Of a stretch of 64,000 nt of DNA, positions 51,416-64,000 are shown piece by piece. Each line of letters begins with the position of its first letter. Positions within the stretch are counted from its first letter, which is position 1. The DNA is taken from contig NC_068988.1 in NCBI RefSeq assembly GCF_001194135.2, positions 43,562,029 through 43,626,028 of the forward strand. The letters are read 5' to 3'. Origin of the DNA: Octopus bimaculoides. Its lineage: Eukaryota. The position numbers and the translations under genes are program-made. Under the pieces are notes generated by a model that saw only the letters and a program-made list of their open reading frames with translations, had not been told where the DNA came from and made no database searches.

Positions 51416-52449
51416 ATCGAGGAAAATCGTTGTCCAGTCAATCTCTCTCTTATTTTCCCCGGTGAGGTTGTATAACAGACACGACAGTCTTTTACGACAC
51501 CCTCGTGTGTCACGTAAATTTAATTAATTTAATTAATTTACGAACACAGAGATGCTTAAAGTCTTTGCGAGTATAACACATATGAATACGAGATGTTAAC
51601 TGAACAATTCCATCGCTCTAAACGACTATACTCATGAACCGTTTTTAGTCAGACGTTAACTTCTGTTCTGCAAGCATAGCATTTGCATAAAATTATCTCC
51701 TCTCTTGAGCATCGTAAATCAGTTTGGTGTAAGATCCGACTCGAAAAGAATGATTTCAATCATGATACATGGTATCTGAATAGAATCAGGATGGAATTGC
51801 ATTTCAAAATTAACTGTAGAACAGAAACTATTAATATCAAAGCTTTCACCAAAACTGTGAAAGCTGTATAATGAGACCATAAGACCGTAATAGGAAATCG
51901 CATATGTGATGAACCCCGATTACTTATCGTGGATACTACCCTACTCTGACGAAACCAGAACGACACGCCAAAGGATGAGTTGTAGAAGCTTGAGCAGCTT
52001 CTATGAGGCACTATTAAGCTTTACGTTTCAATACTCCTCACAATAATATACCGGGAGCACTAAGCTGTGATATGTATAAATTCAATGTCATTACCAGTTC
52101 AAATATGCTTGTGGCACGTTCGAACCCGAAAGCAAGCCATTCACTGTGTTTCGTCATGGAGAAAATTTCTCGCTGTAGACAAATGGTGTAACTACACCTA
52201 AATCAGCTCGCAGTGCCACCTATCCAGACTGTGAGATGCAAGCATTTCGGAGTGGTTATCTCCTCTTCAGCTACAGAAACCAAACAGGGTGCGCTGAGGG
52301 ATGACAAGAAAGATTGTCTCTCTTATGCTATTCCAGTCATCGTAGGATGGTAGCAGTAATCTGTGGCTCACCGTAAACAAATTACGGGGTGTGAGCGCTA
52401 AGCAGTGTTATGTGTAAATGCAATGTTAGATGGAAAGGTTCAGTGGCAA

Positions 52450-53850
52450 CATACATTGTTAACTGCTTCTCAATGAAGTTCATCTGATTGACAGGTAAAC
52501 CTTCACTTGACAACACACTGTAGCAAGTAAATCATTGGTACGTTGTTTTCTCCCTCGACCTCATCTCTCGATACACCAGCAGTGTCTGTATAAGTAAATC
52601 TATCGCCAAGCGTTTGCTTCTGTTGCTTTCATCATCCCTTGCGTGTCGCACGCCAAAAATCCAGTATCAAACACATTCATCAGTCAATCCTATTGTTCCT
52701 AGAACAGCAATTTTTGTGAATTTCCGCTCTGAACACAATTTATTCAGACATATAAACTCTTGTGTTTCAAACAAGGACATCAACGTTACTAATCTCCTCT
52801 AGTCTAAGGCTCCCTGCAAGTCTTTATTAGACTCGCTATATCATAATTAGTATTGAGACATTCTACAGTTTCTTTACATGTTATACATACATGCGCTCAG
52901 ATGAAGTACGTATAATACTACTACTGGATATCACGGGGTGAAATCTGAAGGTGGACGAACTTTGTACTGTACTCTACTGCGTTCTTAACGTATAGAGTAC
53001 AGATGCATTAAACCTAAAAATAAGATAGACTAGTCATGGTTGGAATGCCTTAGATTTTAAGATTTTAAGTCTGCCGGAATAACGGTAATATGGGTCTAAA
53101 CAACAACAAAAGCTTAAAATATTTAGACGATGAAAAATTAAATGCTTTGACAATACCTTTCTGAAATAAATCTACAGAGTACTTGAAGTGGTTAATAAGA
53201 GATTGAAGTCGATTCTCAGATTCTGCAAGTTGTAGACCCCACCGTCTATCTCTATATGTTTAAAATTTAACATGGATGGTAAAGCGTTGGCATTTCCGTA
53301 AATGTGTTTGTGAAATGATAATTTTATAACACGTTTGGGTTTCATAAAGGAATCCAATTTATCAGCATTCATTCTGATGTAGTTCACAGAAAAACAATGT
53401 CAAGAAGAATTTTTGAGCTCAGCTCCTTGAAGAGAGCATACCATTATTAGAGCTGATTGCTAATTTCAATAGAAGCTTTTAGAAGTATTTTTCAAGATTC
53501 AAAAAAGTAAAGTGCTTAAGGGCCTTTGTTTCGAGTATGAAGACATGCGCTTGAATAAGGTTTGTAAATTTTGCAACAACCTGTATTTATCATTCGAAAG
53601 CCAGCCTAGCTCGAACTCCTGTCTTTTCCTTATCTATAAATGTTTTATACATCACCGTAGTTGTGTAAATATTTCACATGTGATGCCAACTGCTGAATAG
53701 TTTTTTAGAATTTTCACTTTCTTAAGCCGTAATGACTCGCGGAATGCTTCATTAATTAGAGTTAAGATACTCATTGGATACGTAACTAAACAAGAAAAAA
53801 TGACTCTGTTCAAGTGGTAGTGAGCATGCGCCACAAATTACTGCTCTGAA
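52450..53850 (-). mobile_element. Highly decayed RTE-type LINE (RT region and C-terminus)
   Basis: On the minus strand, in RT order: KKVKILKNYSAVGI (KKG...NYR.ISL-like), AGFR, FKHIEIDGGVYNLQNLRIDFNLLLTTSSTL (GI.IGG...NLR.ADD..L-like), then GRGRKQRTN near 52540. Many disruptions. Confidence 0.45.
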
Positions 53851-55059
53851 ATTAACAAGTTTCATTATTTTGCGGTTCTAAGTTCGCTGTCTGGATATAG
53901 CTTGGAGAAGGATGAGATAATCCTACTACCTTTGAACTACGATGAGAAAGAACACTGGGAGAATTAACCAATGAAGTTGTGCAGCACCATAAAACTGAAT
54001 AGATACAGGAGATTAAGGAAGATATTGTCAAGATCACGGACAGAAAAGCAAGCTAATCTTAGCTAACGGCAGACGCCATTGAGTATCACATAACAAAGAT
54101 TCTACTTTGGTTTTTAAAAGTTATTAAATGTTCCAACAACTACAAACGACTTAGAACTGATTTGCAATCTGCAAAGTGTGCTTCAAATATCAGCTGAACT
54201 AATTCATGAGAAGGAATTAAAGAGAGTGAAGATTGAAATTGTTTGAGAAAAGCAGCTAGATCGAACAAAAATCCCGTCGGATGTATAAAGAATTTTTGTA
54301 GGAAATTTTTGTAGCAAATTTTTGTTATCAATTCTTGAAGCTGAGGAATGCACAAAGTTTATGCTATTAGCGTTTCTAAAGAAAAGAAACAAGCTTTACG
54401 TAAAATTAAAGAGGATTATCAATTTCATTAGGGACTAATGCTAAGCTTAAGAACAAGGAATTAATTCTAATTCTTCACTCAAGCTTCAAGCAAAATAGAA
54501 ATTCTACCGGAAAGATATTATCATGAAGAATATGTATAGATTCGTGGCACTCATGGAAAGACAATACACTGGAAACTTTTGTGGCTTTTTTTATGACAAC
54601 GGATTGTGCAAGCATGACAACAATTCAGGATATCGTAATTTTTTATCAAGGGCCAAAATTCGTTAATTAACGCTATTATGTCCTACACTAATTGATACAA
54701 ATAATTATATTCTTCAACCAAATGATTTTAAACGTCTTACAAGGTCTTATATCATATTGCAGCATCTTAAAACTTCTTTCAAGGACGCTAACATGCACCT
54801 CCATAATTGCAATGGATTGCATTATGTTGTTTATCTCTTTTAAAAAAATGGTTAGATTGTCGAGAATAAGACATCTAGTAGATATTTCTGCTGTAAAACT
54901 GTCTGTATTGACCTTTGATAATGACGTTCTAATTTTAAGTGATATATCCTTGGCATTAACAAAAAAAAAAAAAAAAAAATAGGACTAAAAAAATCAATTA
55001 ATTAAAACTAATGTCTTGTTGATAATTTGAACCTTACACTCAAGTATCATGACCCAAAC

Positions 55060-55493
55060 TTATTCTTTTCTACTCTAGGCACAAGGCCTGAAATTTTGGG
55101 GGAGGGGGCCAGTCGATCAGATCGACCCTAGTACGCAACTGGTACTTAATTTATCGACTCCGAAGGATAAAAGTCAAAGTCGACCTCGGTGGAATTTGAA
55201 CTCACAACGTAAAGGCAGACGAAATACCGCTAAGCATTTCGCCCGGCGTGCTAATGTTTCTTATTTCTTTACTGCCCACAAGGGGCTACACACAGAGGTG
55301 ACAAACAAGGACAGACAAAGGGATTAAGTTGATTACATCGACCCCAGTGCGTAACTGGTACTTAATTTCTCGACCCCGAAAGGATGAAAGGCAAAGTCGA
55401 CCTCGGCGGAATTTGAACACAGAACGTAAAGACAGACGAAATACTGCTAAGTATTTCGCCTGGCGTGCTAACGTTTCTACCAGCTCGCCACCT
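55060..55493 (-). mobile_element. Head-to-tail dimer of two SINE family C units with different 3' tails
   Basis: Unit 1 at 55260-55493 and unit 2 at 55060-55259. Flanking direct repeats at 55047-55064 and 55494-55511 match at 16/18. Confidence 0.85.
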
Positions 55494-56062
55494 TCATGAC
55501 CTGAACTTATTGCAACACATTTTTGTTATCTGAGACAAATACAAAAATCATCATCGATAGCAGTGAGTAAACTTTACTTTATTTGGAATTGTTCAGCCAG
55601 TTACAAAATTCTGTTGGCCAGACATTGCATTGAAAAAGTTGCATTCTATAATAGCGAGGACTGTACAATAACAGAACCATTGACAGATGATTTAGACACT
55701 GGATATTGCTTTCGTTTAAGATGAATTCATAATAACTAACAGTTCGTTATATGGGTGCGGGTTTTATCAGCTGATATTATCATAAGCTGCAAAACATAAA
55801 TTTTTCATGGACATGTTTTAAGAAGATCAATGTTCAAATGCGCTGACAACTGCCGAGACGCATTGGATTTGCGAATGACGAACATTTCGTTAGTTATTAA
55901 GGAGTATTTAGAGACAATAGAGATATTGCTATAACTAGAAAGCAAGGGAGAAGATCAAGTATCTGGATACTCAACATACCACAAGTTTGGGCAACCCGTT
56001 ATGGAGACAGAACCATTATGAAAATGATAAAGGAAGAGGAGGTGACGTGGGAAGAAAGGGAA

Positions 56063-56130
56063 AGAAGAAGAAGAAGAAGAAGAAGAAGAAGAAGAAGAAG
56101 AAGAAGAAGAAGAAGAAGAAGAAGAAGAAG

Positions 56131-56160
<30 letters not shown>
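56063..56160. repeat. Pure (GAA)n tract, about 98 bp
   Basis: Directly visible. Produces the poly-K/F/S ORFs in the track. Confidence 0.97.
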
Positions 56161-56161
<1 letters not shown>

Positions 56162-56784
56162 GGATAACCTGTCCGCAGATATATGATACAAAGAACAAAA
56201 CTTCGGTGTTGCTCTGGTGGATCAACGGATTGAGGAACACGCTACGCACCACTAAGTTGGTTACAGCAATGTTTTTCAGACTGACAAATACGAGCCTCAC
56301 CACCACCATCTCGAAAAATTCCCATGAAATTTTAGGGCGCTCCTCTTCCTCTTTATTAGAGAAGAGAAAAGATTTTGTAGCCGTTTAATTCTTTGTTTCG
56401 TTGCCATGTTGTTTTTAAAGCTTTTTAAACGATTTCTGTTTTATTAAACACGACAACTTACCCATCCTCTCTTCATTACTCGCAACACTCAACCCATCCC
56501 TACAAAAGGGGCCTTGCTGCGCCCTTCCATATGAAATGTACTGCGTTTTGGAGATTGTTCTCGTTAAGGTGAATGACTAAGCAACCGCGACTTAATAATC
56601 GAACATCGTTCATAAGAAATATTATTCAATATATATTGTTACGTAAGTACAATGAGTCAGAATTATAGAGAAGAGATAAAGATGTTATACACTCACACAT
56701 AAATATATATGTGTATATGTACACACACACACATACACACATTTATATATATATATATATACGGGAACGTGAAACTGTAACAGT

Positions 56785-57150
56785 TTATTCTTTTATTCTT
56801 TTATTCTTTTATTTGTTTTAGTCATTTGACTGCGGTCATGCAAGAGCACTGCCTTTAGTCGAGCAAATCGACCCCAGGACTTATTCTTTGTAAGCCTAGT
56901 ACTTGTTCTATCGGCTTCTTTTGCCGAACCACTAGATTACGGGGACGTAAACACACCAGCATCGGTTGTCAAGCGATACTGTGTGGACAAACACAGACAC
57001 AGAAATATATACACATATATATAAGACGGGCTTCTTTCAGTTTCTGTCTACCAAATTCACTCACAAGGCTTTGGTCGGCCTGAGGCTACAGTATAAGGCA
57101 CTTGCTGAACCCGGAACCATATGGTTGGTAAGCAAGCTACTTACCACACA
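56785..57150 (-). mobile_element. SINE family A copy
   Basis: (ttttatt c)n tail; gtcatttgactgcggtcatgc...gaaccatatggttggtaagcaagctacttaccacaca. Confidence 0.9.
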
Positions 57151-57265
57151 AGATTTTTCAGCTTTTTACGTATTCGAGTACTATTTTTTCCACTTTGCTT
57201 GTATTTATGCGCTTAACGATATATATATGTATGTATATATATGTGTGTGTATGTATGTGTGTGCT

Positions 57266-57298
<33 letters not shown>

Positions 57299-57736
57299 CA
57301 AGCTATCGTTATACATGCATATACATACATACATGCATATACATACATACATACATACATACATACATACATACATACATACATACATACATGCAAGCGT
57401 ACACACATAAGAAAATACCTACGCTGAAGTATTGAGGAATCTATCCAGATTGCAAGTTTATGTTTATATCTGTAATTATCGGAGCCCTGGGATATGTAGC
57501 ACACTGTCTAAATACCAATCTTGAGAAATTAAGCTTCTCAGAACCAGAAAGGAGAAAGCTAATTCGAAGATTACAGGTCACTGGAACTGTAAAATCTGTA
57601 ACACTTTCAAGAAGTTTATCATTTAAATATGTATGAGTATGTCTAGACATGCAACTATGTGCATGAGAAGACATACATAAAACAAAACATACAAATCCGC
57701 ACCTATACATACATACATGCGTACATACATACATAC

Positions 57737-58230
57737 ATACATGCATACATACATACCCTGTTGTTGATGTTGAAATTCCAATGAAGGAACCTTGGATCTA
57801 GGTTAGAAACCGGCTCTTTCTCTATTGACAAGAAATTTTGAAATAAAACTGAATAACGATGTACATACATACATGAATGTATGTATGTATGTATGTATGT
57901 ATGTATGTATGTATGTACGCATGTACAGGAGCACTCCGACGGTTACGATAACGAATGTCCCAGCTGATACGATCAACAGAACAGCCTGCTCGTGAAATTA
58001 ACGTGCAAATGGCTGAGTACTCCACGATTACGTGCACCCTTAACGTAGTTCTCAGGGAGATCCAGCTGGCCCTTTGAAATAGAGGTACTACTCATTTTTG
58101 CCAGCTGAGTGGAGTGGAGCACTGTGAAATAAAGTGTCTTATTCAAGGACACAACGTGTCGCTGGGAATTGAACTCATGACCTTATGATCGTGAGCCGAA
58201 TGCCCTAACCACTAAGTCACGCGCCTTCAC
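57737..58230 (-). mobile_element. SINE family B2 copy with extended 3' segment and internal (TATG)n
   Basis: Head gtgaaggcgcgtgacttagtggttagggcattcggctcacgatcataaggtcatgagttcaattcc at 58230 downward, plus the shared B-family 3' domain. Confidence 0.85.
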
Positions 58231-58800
58231 TTGTATGTACATACATGTACATACTCATACATGTACATACACATACATTTTACAGACAGTATATAAGAAT
58301 TGTGAAATGAAATAACTAGAAACGAGTAATGAAAATTGGTTTCGGTATACATGACAAAATTGATTATTACTCGTTATGAAAGTTCGGTTTTATTGCTGTA
58401 AGATTAATAATATTACGTATAACCTTCGGTGGAGTGTTAGTTCCCAAAATTCATTAGTAATTTCGCGAATATGATGTAATATTAATATCTAATCCTGGCA
58501 CAATGCCTTGGATTCGAAATGGATGACGTAGTGATGATAGAGTTCATAAAAATTCGACATCACTAAATTATTTCTATTTATTTGAATCGGAGAAGGAGGT
58601 CTCTGACTGGTCGTAATGGCGGCGAAATGTTCATCAGATCGCGCCCTCCTACTATCTGTTTTTTTTTTAAAAACGTTGTTCACGGCTGGAATGCCTTTGA
58701 TCGTAGATGATATGCGTACAAAAATTTGTTTGGAGATAAACAACAATAGCAACAAGTATTACCACCACCACCTCTACCACCATCACCACGACGACGACGA

Positions 58801-59955
58801 NNNNNNNNNNNNNNNNNNNNNNNNNNNNNNNNNNNNNNNNNNNNNNNNNNNNNNNNNNNNNNNNNNNNNNNNNNNNNNNNNNNNNNNNNNNNNNNNNNNN
58901 NNNNNNNNNNNNNNNNNNNNNNNNNNNNNNNNNNNNNNNNNNNNNNNNNNNNNNNNNNNNNNNNNNNNNNNNNNNNNNNNNNNNNNNNNNNNNNNNNNNN
59001 NNNNNNNNNNNNNNNNNNNNNNNNNNNNNNNNNNNNNNNNNNNNNNNNNNNNNNNNNNNNNNNNNNNNNNNNNNNNNNNNNNNNNNNNNNNNNNNNNNNN
59101 NNNNNNNNNNNNNNNNNNNNNNNNNNNNNNNNNNNNNNNNNNNNNNNNNNNNNNNNNNNNNNNNNNNNNNNNNNNNNNNNNNNNNNNNNNNNNNNNNNNN
59201 NNNNNNNNNNNNNNNNNNNNNNNNNNNNNNNNNNNNNNNNNNNNNNNNNNNNNNNNNNNNNNNNNNNNNNNNNNNNNNNNNNNNNNNNNNNNNNNNNNNN
59301 NNNNNNNNNNNNNNNNNNNNNNNNNNNNNNNNNNNNNNNNNNNNNNNNNNNNNNNNNNNNNNNNNNNNNNNNNNNNNNNNNNNNNNNNNNNNNNNNNNNN
59401 NNNNNNNNNNNNNNNNNNNNNNNNNNNNNNNNNNNNNNNNNNNNNNNNNNNNNNNNNNNNNNNNNNNNNNNNNNNNNNNNNNNNNNNNNNNNNNNNNNNN
59501 NNNNNNNNNNNNNNNNNNNNNNNNNNNNNNNNNNNNNNNNNNNNNNNNNNNNNNNNNNNNNNNNNNNNNNNNNNNNNNNNNNNNNNNNNNNNNNNNNNNN
59601 NNNNNNNNNNNNNNNNNNNNNNNNNNNNNNNNNNNNNNNNNNNNNNNNNNNNNNNNNNNNNNNNNNNNNNNNNNNNNNNNNNNNNNNNNNNNNNNNNNNN
59701 NNNNTATATATATATATATATATATATATTCGTACGTCTAGATGTGTATGTATACATATATCTATATATGTACTCAGACACACGTACATAAATACATACA
59801 TACAAGCATGCATGCATGCAAATATGCATACATAAGTACGTATGTACATACATACACACTCACATACATAATACATATATATGTATCAATGTATGTATAT
59901 GTTTGGAAGTGTCAAATACTTAGAGCCCCAAATATGATACATGTATGTGTGTATG

Positions 59956-59997
<42 letters not shown>

Positions 59998-60089
59998 CAT
60001 ACACTACATACACGTATATATGTATGTATTTAAGTATATCACACTCCCATATATACATACGTACGTACATACACACATACATACATACA

Positions 60090-60120
<31 letters not shown>

Positions 60121-61798
60121 GTACGTACGCATATGTATGTATTTCACGCACCAAAATACACAACCGCGCATACACATCTATACACACACATGCATATTAT
60201 TCATAATTTTTGCCACATAAATATATAATACATACTTAGACATAATTATAAATACAAATGATGATGCCTCTATGTACATACGTATCAACTCTGTAAAACT
60301 GGCTGTGTATTTACACCTTCATATGTGTTGATATCATATATATATATATATTTATGTACATAGAATCATTAGAGAATAGAAATTCATTATATGTAATCTA
60401 TACTTATATACATACGCTAGCTGTTCCTATAAATTGTGCATAGCTTATAGACATTGGCAGATTAAAAATTTAATCATACGTACGTATATATAAGCTTATA
60501 TCCATATCTGCATGTGTTTGTGTGCGGGCGAGGGTTACTTGTGTATGTATGAGTATGTGTATGTGCGTGTGCCCGCGCGCGTGTTAGCATGTTATCAATC
60601 GAGTGCCTGTACGCTTCTCAATCTTAACTTTATCAGTTACTATGTATATGCATCTAGCTCTGCATGAATAAAAGGCATATACGCATTCACTCACAAACAC
60701 ACACGCATGCACATACACACATATACGCACCCAGGTACATGTATATTGATATATACATATATATNNNNNNNNNNNNNNNNNNNNNNNNNNNNNNNNNNNN
60801 NNNNNNNNNNNNNNNNNNNNNNNNNNNNNNNNNNNNNNNNNNNNNNNNNNNNNNNNNNNNNNNNNNNNNNNNNNNNNNNNNNNNNNNNNNNNNNNNNNNN
60901 NNNNNNNNNNNNNNNNNNNNNNNNNNNNNNNNNNNNNNNNNNNNNNNNNNNNNNNNNNNNNNNNNNNNNNNNNNNNNNNNNNNNNNNNNNNNNNNNNNNN
61001 NNNNNNNNNNNNNNNNNNNNNNNNNNNNNNNNNNNNNNNNNNNNNNNNNNNNNNNNNNNNNNNNNNNNNNNNNNNNNNNNNNNNNNNNNNNNNNNNNNNN
61101 NNNNNNNNNNNNNNNNNNNNNNNNNNNNNNNNNNNNNNNNNNNNNNNNNNNNNNNNNNNAACAAGTCTTTAGTTAATCGGATACGATCGTTTCATGGTTA
61201 AGGGAATGAACATTTCCCTATTCCAAATCATCAGTCCGATATTCTGATAAATTTGAAAGTGTCTACTAAAAAATTCACGGTAATCTTTGGCCATGCGACA
61301 CCAAAAATCAATTGATACATACATTTGTTCTATGTGTGCCACAAATATCGCCATCCATTTAGAGAAAAATTTGTAGTTTAGAATCAGTAGTTCTTTGACT
61401 GCTATTTCTAAATTTTCAGTATGTTGGAGAAGCAACTCAATGCTAATCCCTGTATATTTATGATGATGTGTTTATGTGTGTGTATGTGTGTATATGTATG
61501 TATACATATCTATGTCTATATATATACACACACGTATGTATGCATATATATATATATATAAGTAGAGGGATACAAATGGAGAGAGAAAGAGAGAGGTTGT
61601 GTATATTATGAATGTATGTATCAATTCTTGCTTATATAAAGGACTTGCCAAAAGCAAATGCTCGTAATAGCACTTACCCCGTCACCTCCTTGAACAAAAG
61701 CAAGAGCAGAAACTCTTTAAAAGAAAAATTAAAATAATATCAGAACGAAACATTTTGAATAACTTGTATATAGAAGGAGAAAAAAACAAACAAACAAG

Positions 61799-61846
<48 letters not shown>

Positions 61847-62210
61847 NNNNNNNNNNNNNNNNNNNNNNNNNNNNNNNNNNNNNNNNNNNNNNNNNNNNNN
61901 NNNNNNNNNNNNNNNNNNNNNNNNNNNNNNNNNNNNNNNNNNNNNNNNNNNNNNNNNNNNNNNNNNNNNNNNNNNNNNNNNNNNNNNNNNNNNNNNNNNN
62001 NNNNNNNNNNNNNNNNNNNNNNNNNNNNNNNNNNNNNNNNNNNNNNNNNNNNNNNNNNNNNNNNNNNNNNNNNNNNNNNNNNNNNNNNNNNNNNNNNNNN
62101 NNNNNNNNNNNNNNNNNNNNNNNNNNNNNNNNNNNNNNNNNNNNNNNNNNNNNNNNNNNNNNNNNNNNNNNNNNNNNNNNNNNNNNNNNNNNNNNNNNNN
62201 NNNNNNNNNN
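58801..62210. other. Assembly gaps (N runs) with flanking microsatellites
   Basis: N runs at 58801-59704, 60765-61160 and 61847-62210. Others at 15937-16062, 21092-21214, 22098-22197, 45441-45757 and 50863-51120. Most gaps abut simple repeats. Confidence 0.98.
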
Positions 62211-62344
62211 TTTTATGTTATTTTTACCTTTATTACGCTTATTTTCAGTCGTCGTCGTCGTCGTCGTCGTCATCGTCATCATCATCATCATCATCATCAT
62301 TATCATCATCATCATCGCTGTCGTCATCGCCGGCGGCGTCTTTG

Positions 62345-62394
<50 letters not shown>

Positions 62395-62776
62395 GATTTG
62401 ACACAGGTTCGGTTTTATTCCTGGTAGGATTTATGTGTTACTATATGTATTCTTCTTCTTCTTCTTCTTGTCATTGTTGTTGCTTTTTCTGTTGTTGTTG
62501 TTTATCTTTATCGAAAAGAAAAAAACCGGTATAAATCTTCCCTCAACCTTCATTTTTACGCGTCAGTTTTTCTTTGTATTTTTCGTTCCGTTAATTTTTA
62601 TAAAACAGTTGCCAGTGCAGTTCAACAGTTTTCATTTGATATCGCTTGAGTATTATTCCAGATGCTCCATATGCTTGCGTTTATTTATTTATTTATCATC
62701 TAAAAAATGTTTTAAGCACTTATTCCTGTAATCCTCCTTTCTTTTGCAAACAATAGATATTGCACGCACATATAGC

Positions 62777-62818
<42 letters not shown>

Positions 62819-62900
62819 GTCTCTCAGTCTCTCTCTCTCTTTCTGTCTCTGTCTGTCTGTCTGTCTGTCTCTGCCTCTCTGTCTCTCTGTCTCTCTCTCT

Positions 62901-62982
<82 letters not shown>

Positions 62983-63379
62983 ATATATAATGGATTCTCT
63001 TGTCATGAACGACAAATGAGGTTTCAGTTAAATAAAGCGTTAATCATGTTCTATGAACACGAATGTGTCCCTTGAGACCTGCTGGTGCCTTGCAAACCTT
63101 TTGGCAAATGGAACAAGATGAGGATTCAGTTTACTTGAGTGCTTGTGATCATTTACTATATGCTTTCTTGAGTGGACAGTTAGCGAACTAGATGCATTCC
63201 TTAAAAAGCAACACTATAACTTTCGATAATCTCACACAATGTGATTAATATCATAAAATTATTAAACGTAAATCAATCAGTTTTACAAACTAATACATAC
63301 ACAAATACTCGCTATTAATTCCACTGCAAAGCAACAGTGTGAAGTAGCACAGAAAATACTAAATCTAGGATGCGGATAG

Positions 63380-64000
63380 AGGTTCTGGTTCAACCTCACA
63401 AGTAAGTTGCGTTTCGGAGAGTTCATTTAAAATAAGCTGTGTTCTTCTTGAGATAACACCTACAAAGCAGTTCACGACAGTAGGGCATCATGCTCAGAAC
63501 ACATCCCTTTATCTTCGTGCTGCATTTCCTGCAAGGTTATTTTCAGTTAACTAGCATCCGATTTCCGTAAGTTTGGTGACGATGTTAATGAGAAATTCAC
63601 TAATAAGCATACTTTCGGTGGTTACTGATTCCGCAGTGTGATTTTCAGCCCATTTTGCATGTATTGCCTTGCAAATTCCTGCAGATAACATCTTAAAGTA
63701 AGACTCTTGCAATAACTCGAAATCTTCGAATTTAGTTTTGTTTGCCCTTCTTTGGCCAGTTCAAACGATGTAATTGATGACTACTGAGACTATTTCTTCG
63801 TCAAATCCATAAGAATCATTGAATACTTCTTGCCATAGCTTCTGGCCATATTCTGTCCATGCAGTTCTCAATTAAAAGGTTACAGACTGCTTAAATAATA
63901 CCTAACGCTTTCATTATATGACAATTTTCCGAAAGTCCTCGAGAGATTATTTGACTTGTTTCTTCAACAAGTTATTTGAAAGTACAACGAAGTATACCCA
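63380..64000 (-). mobile_element. Tigger/pogo (TcMar) transposase C-terminal relic
   Basis: Frameshifted AWTE..KLWQEVFNDSYGFDEEIV, ELAKEG, FEDFELLQES and MMPYCRELL match, in order, the AW.E...KLWPE.V.DF.GF / LAKEVG.EGF.D...ELL.SH / M.PY.EL motifs of Tigger-like transposases. Confidence 0.55.

Noticed and set aside
53900-54620. Coding-like plus-strand stretch suggesting a DDE transposase
   Set aside because: Motif similarity was too weak and the frames too disrupted to support any assignment.
58616-62396. Long ORFs of 150-398 aa spanning X runs (also around 45316-45833 and 50736-51288)
   Set aside because: Artefacts of translating N gaps and flanking dinucleotide repeats.

Overview
This is AT-rich, repeat-saturated animal genomic DNA from a draft assembly with eight N gaps. 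The SINE families and microsatellite load resemble coleoid cephalopod (Octopus-like) DNA; that assignment is from recall of these repeats, not a database search. There is no complete host gene. The only host-like coding signal is an open frame running in from the left edge (1-303, Asn-rich, possibly a terminal exon), followed by short, tightly packed plus-strand ORFs including a CxxC-x9-CxxC micro-ORF. The rest is mostly a transposon graveyard. It holds more than 20 tRNA-derived SINE copies of at least three families and decayed LINEs (RTE, R4/Dong-like, Tx1/L1-like, CR1-like and another REL-type). DNA transposons include an internally deleted D34D mariner with both TIRs, a Tigger/pogo relic, a Merlin-like foldback element with a perfect 8-bp TSD and a piggyBac-like non-autonomous element. 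The best second-look items are a minus-strand hammerhead-ribozyme motif of the Penelope type (50376-50491), two apparent templated-insertion scars (about 12.5 kb and 50.5 kb), a SINE dimer flanked by one TSD pair (about 55 kb) and the unexplained micro-ORF cluster at 0.3-1.5 kb. Most ORFs in the supplied track are artefacts of microsatellites or N gaps. I see no CRISPR array, rRNA or intact tRNA, and I cannot claim a clearly new biological system.
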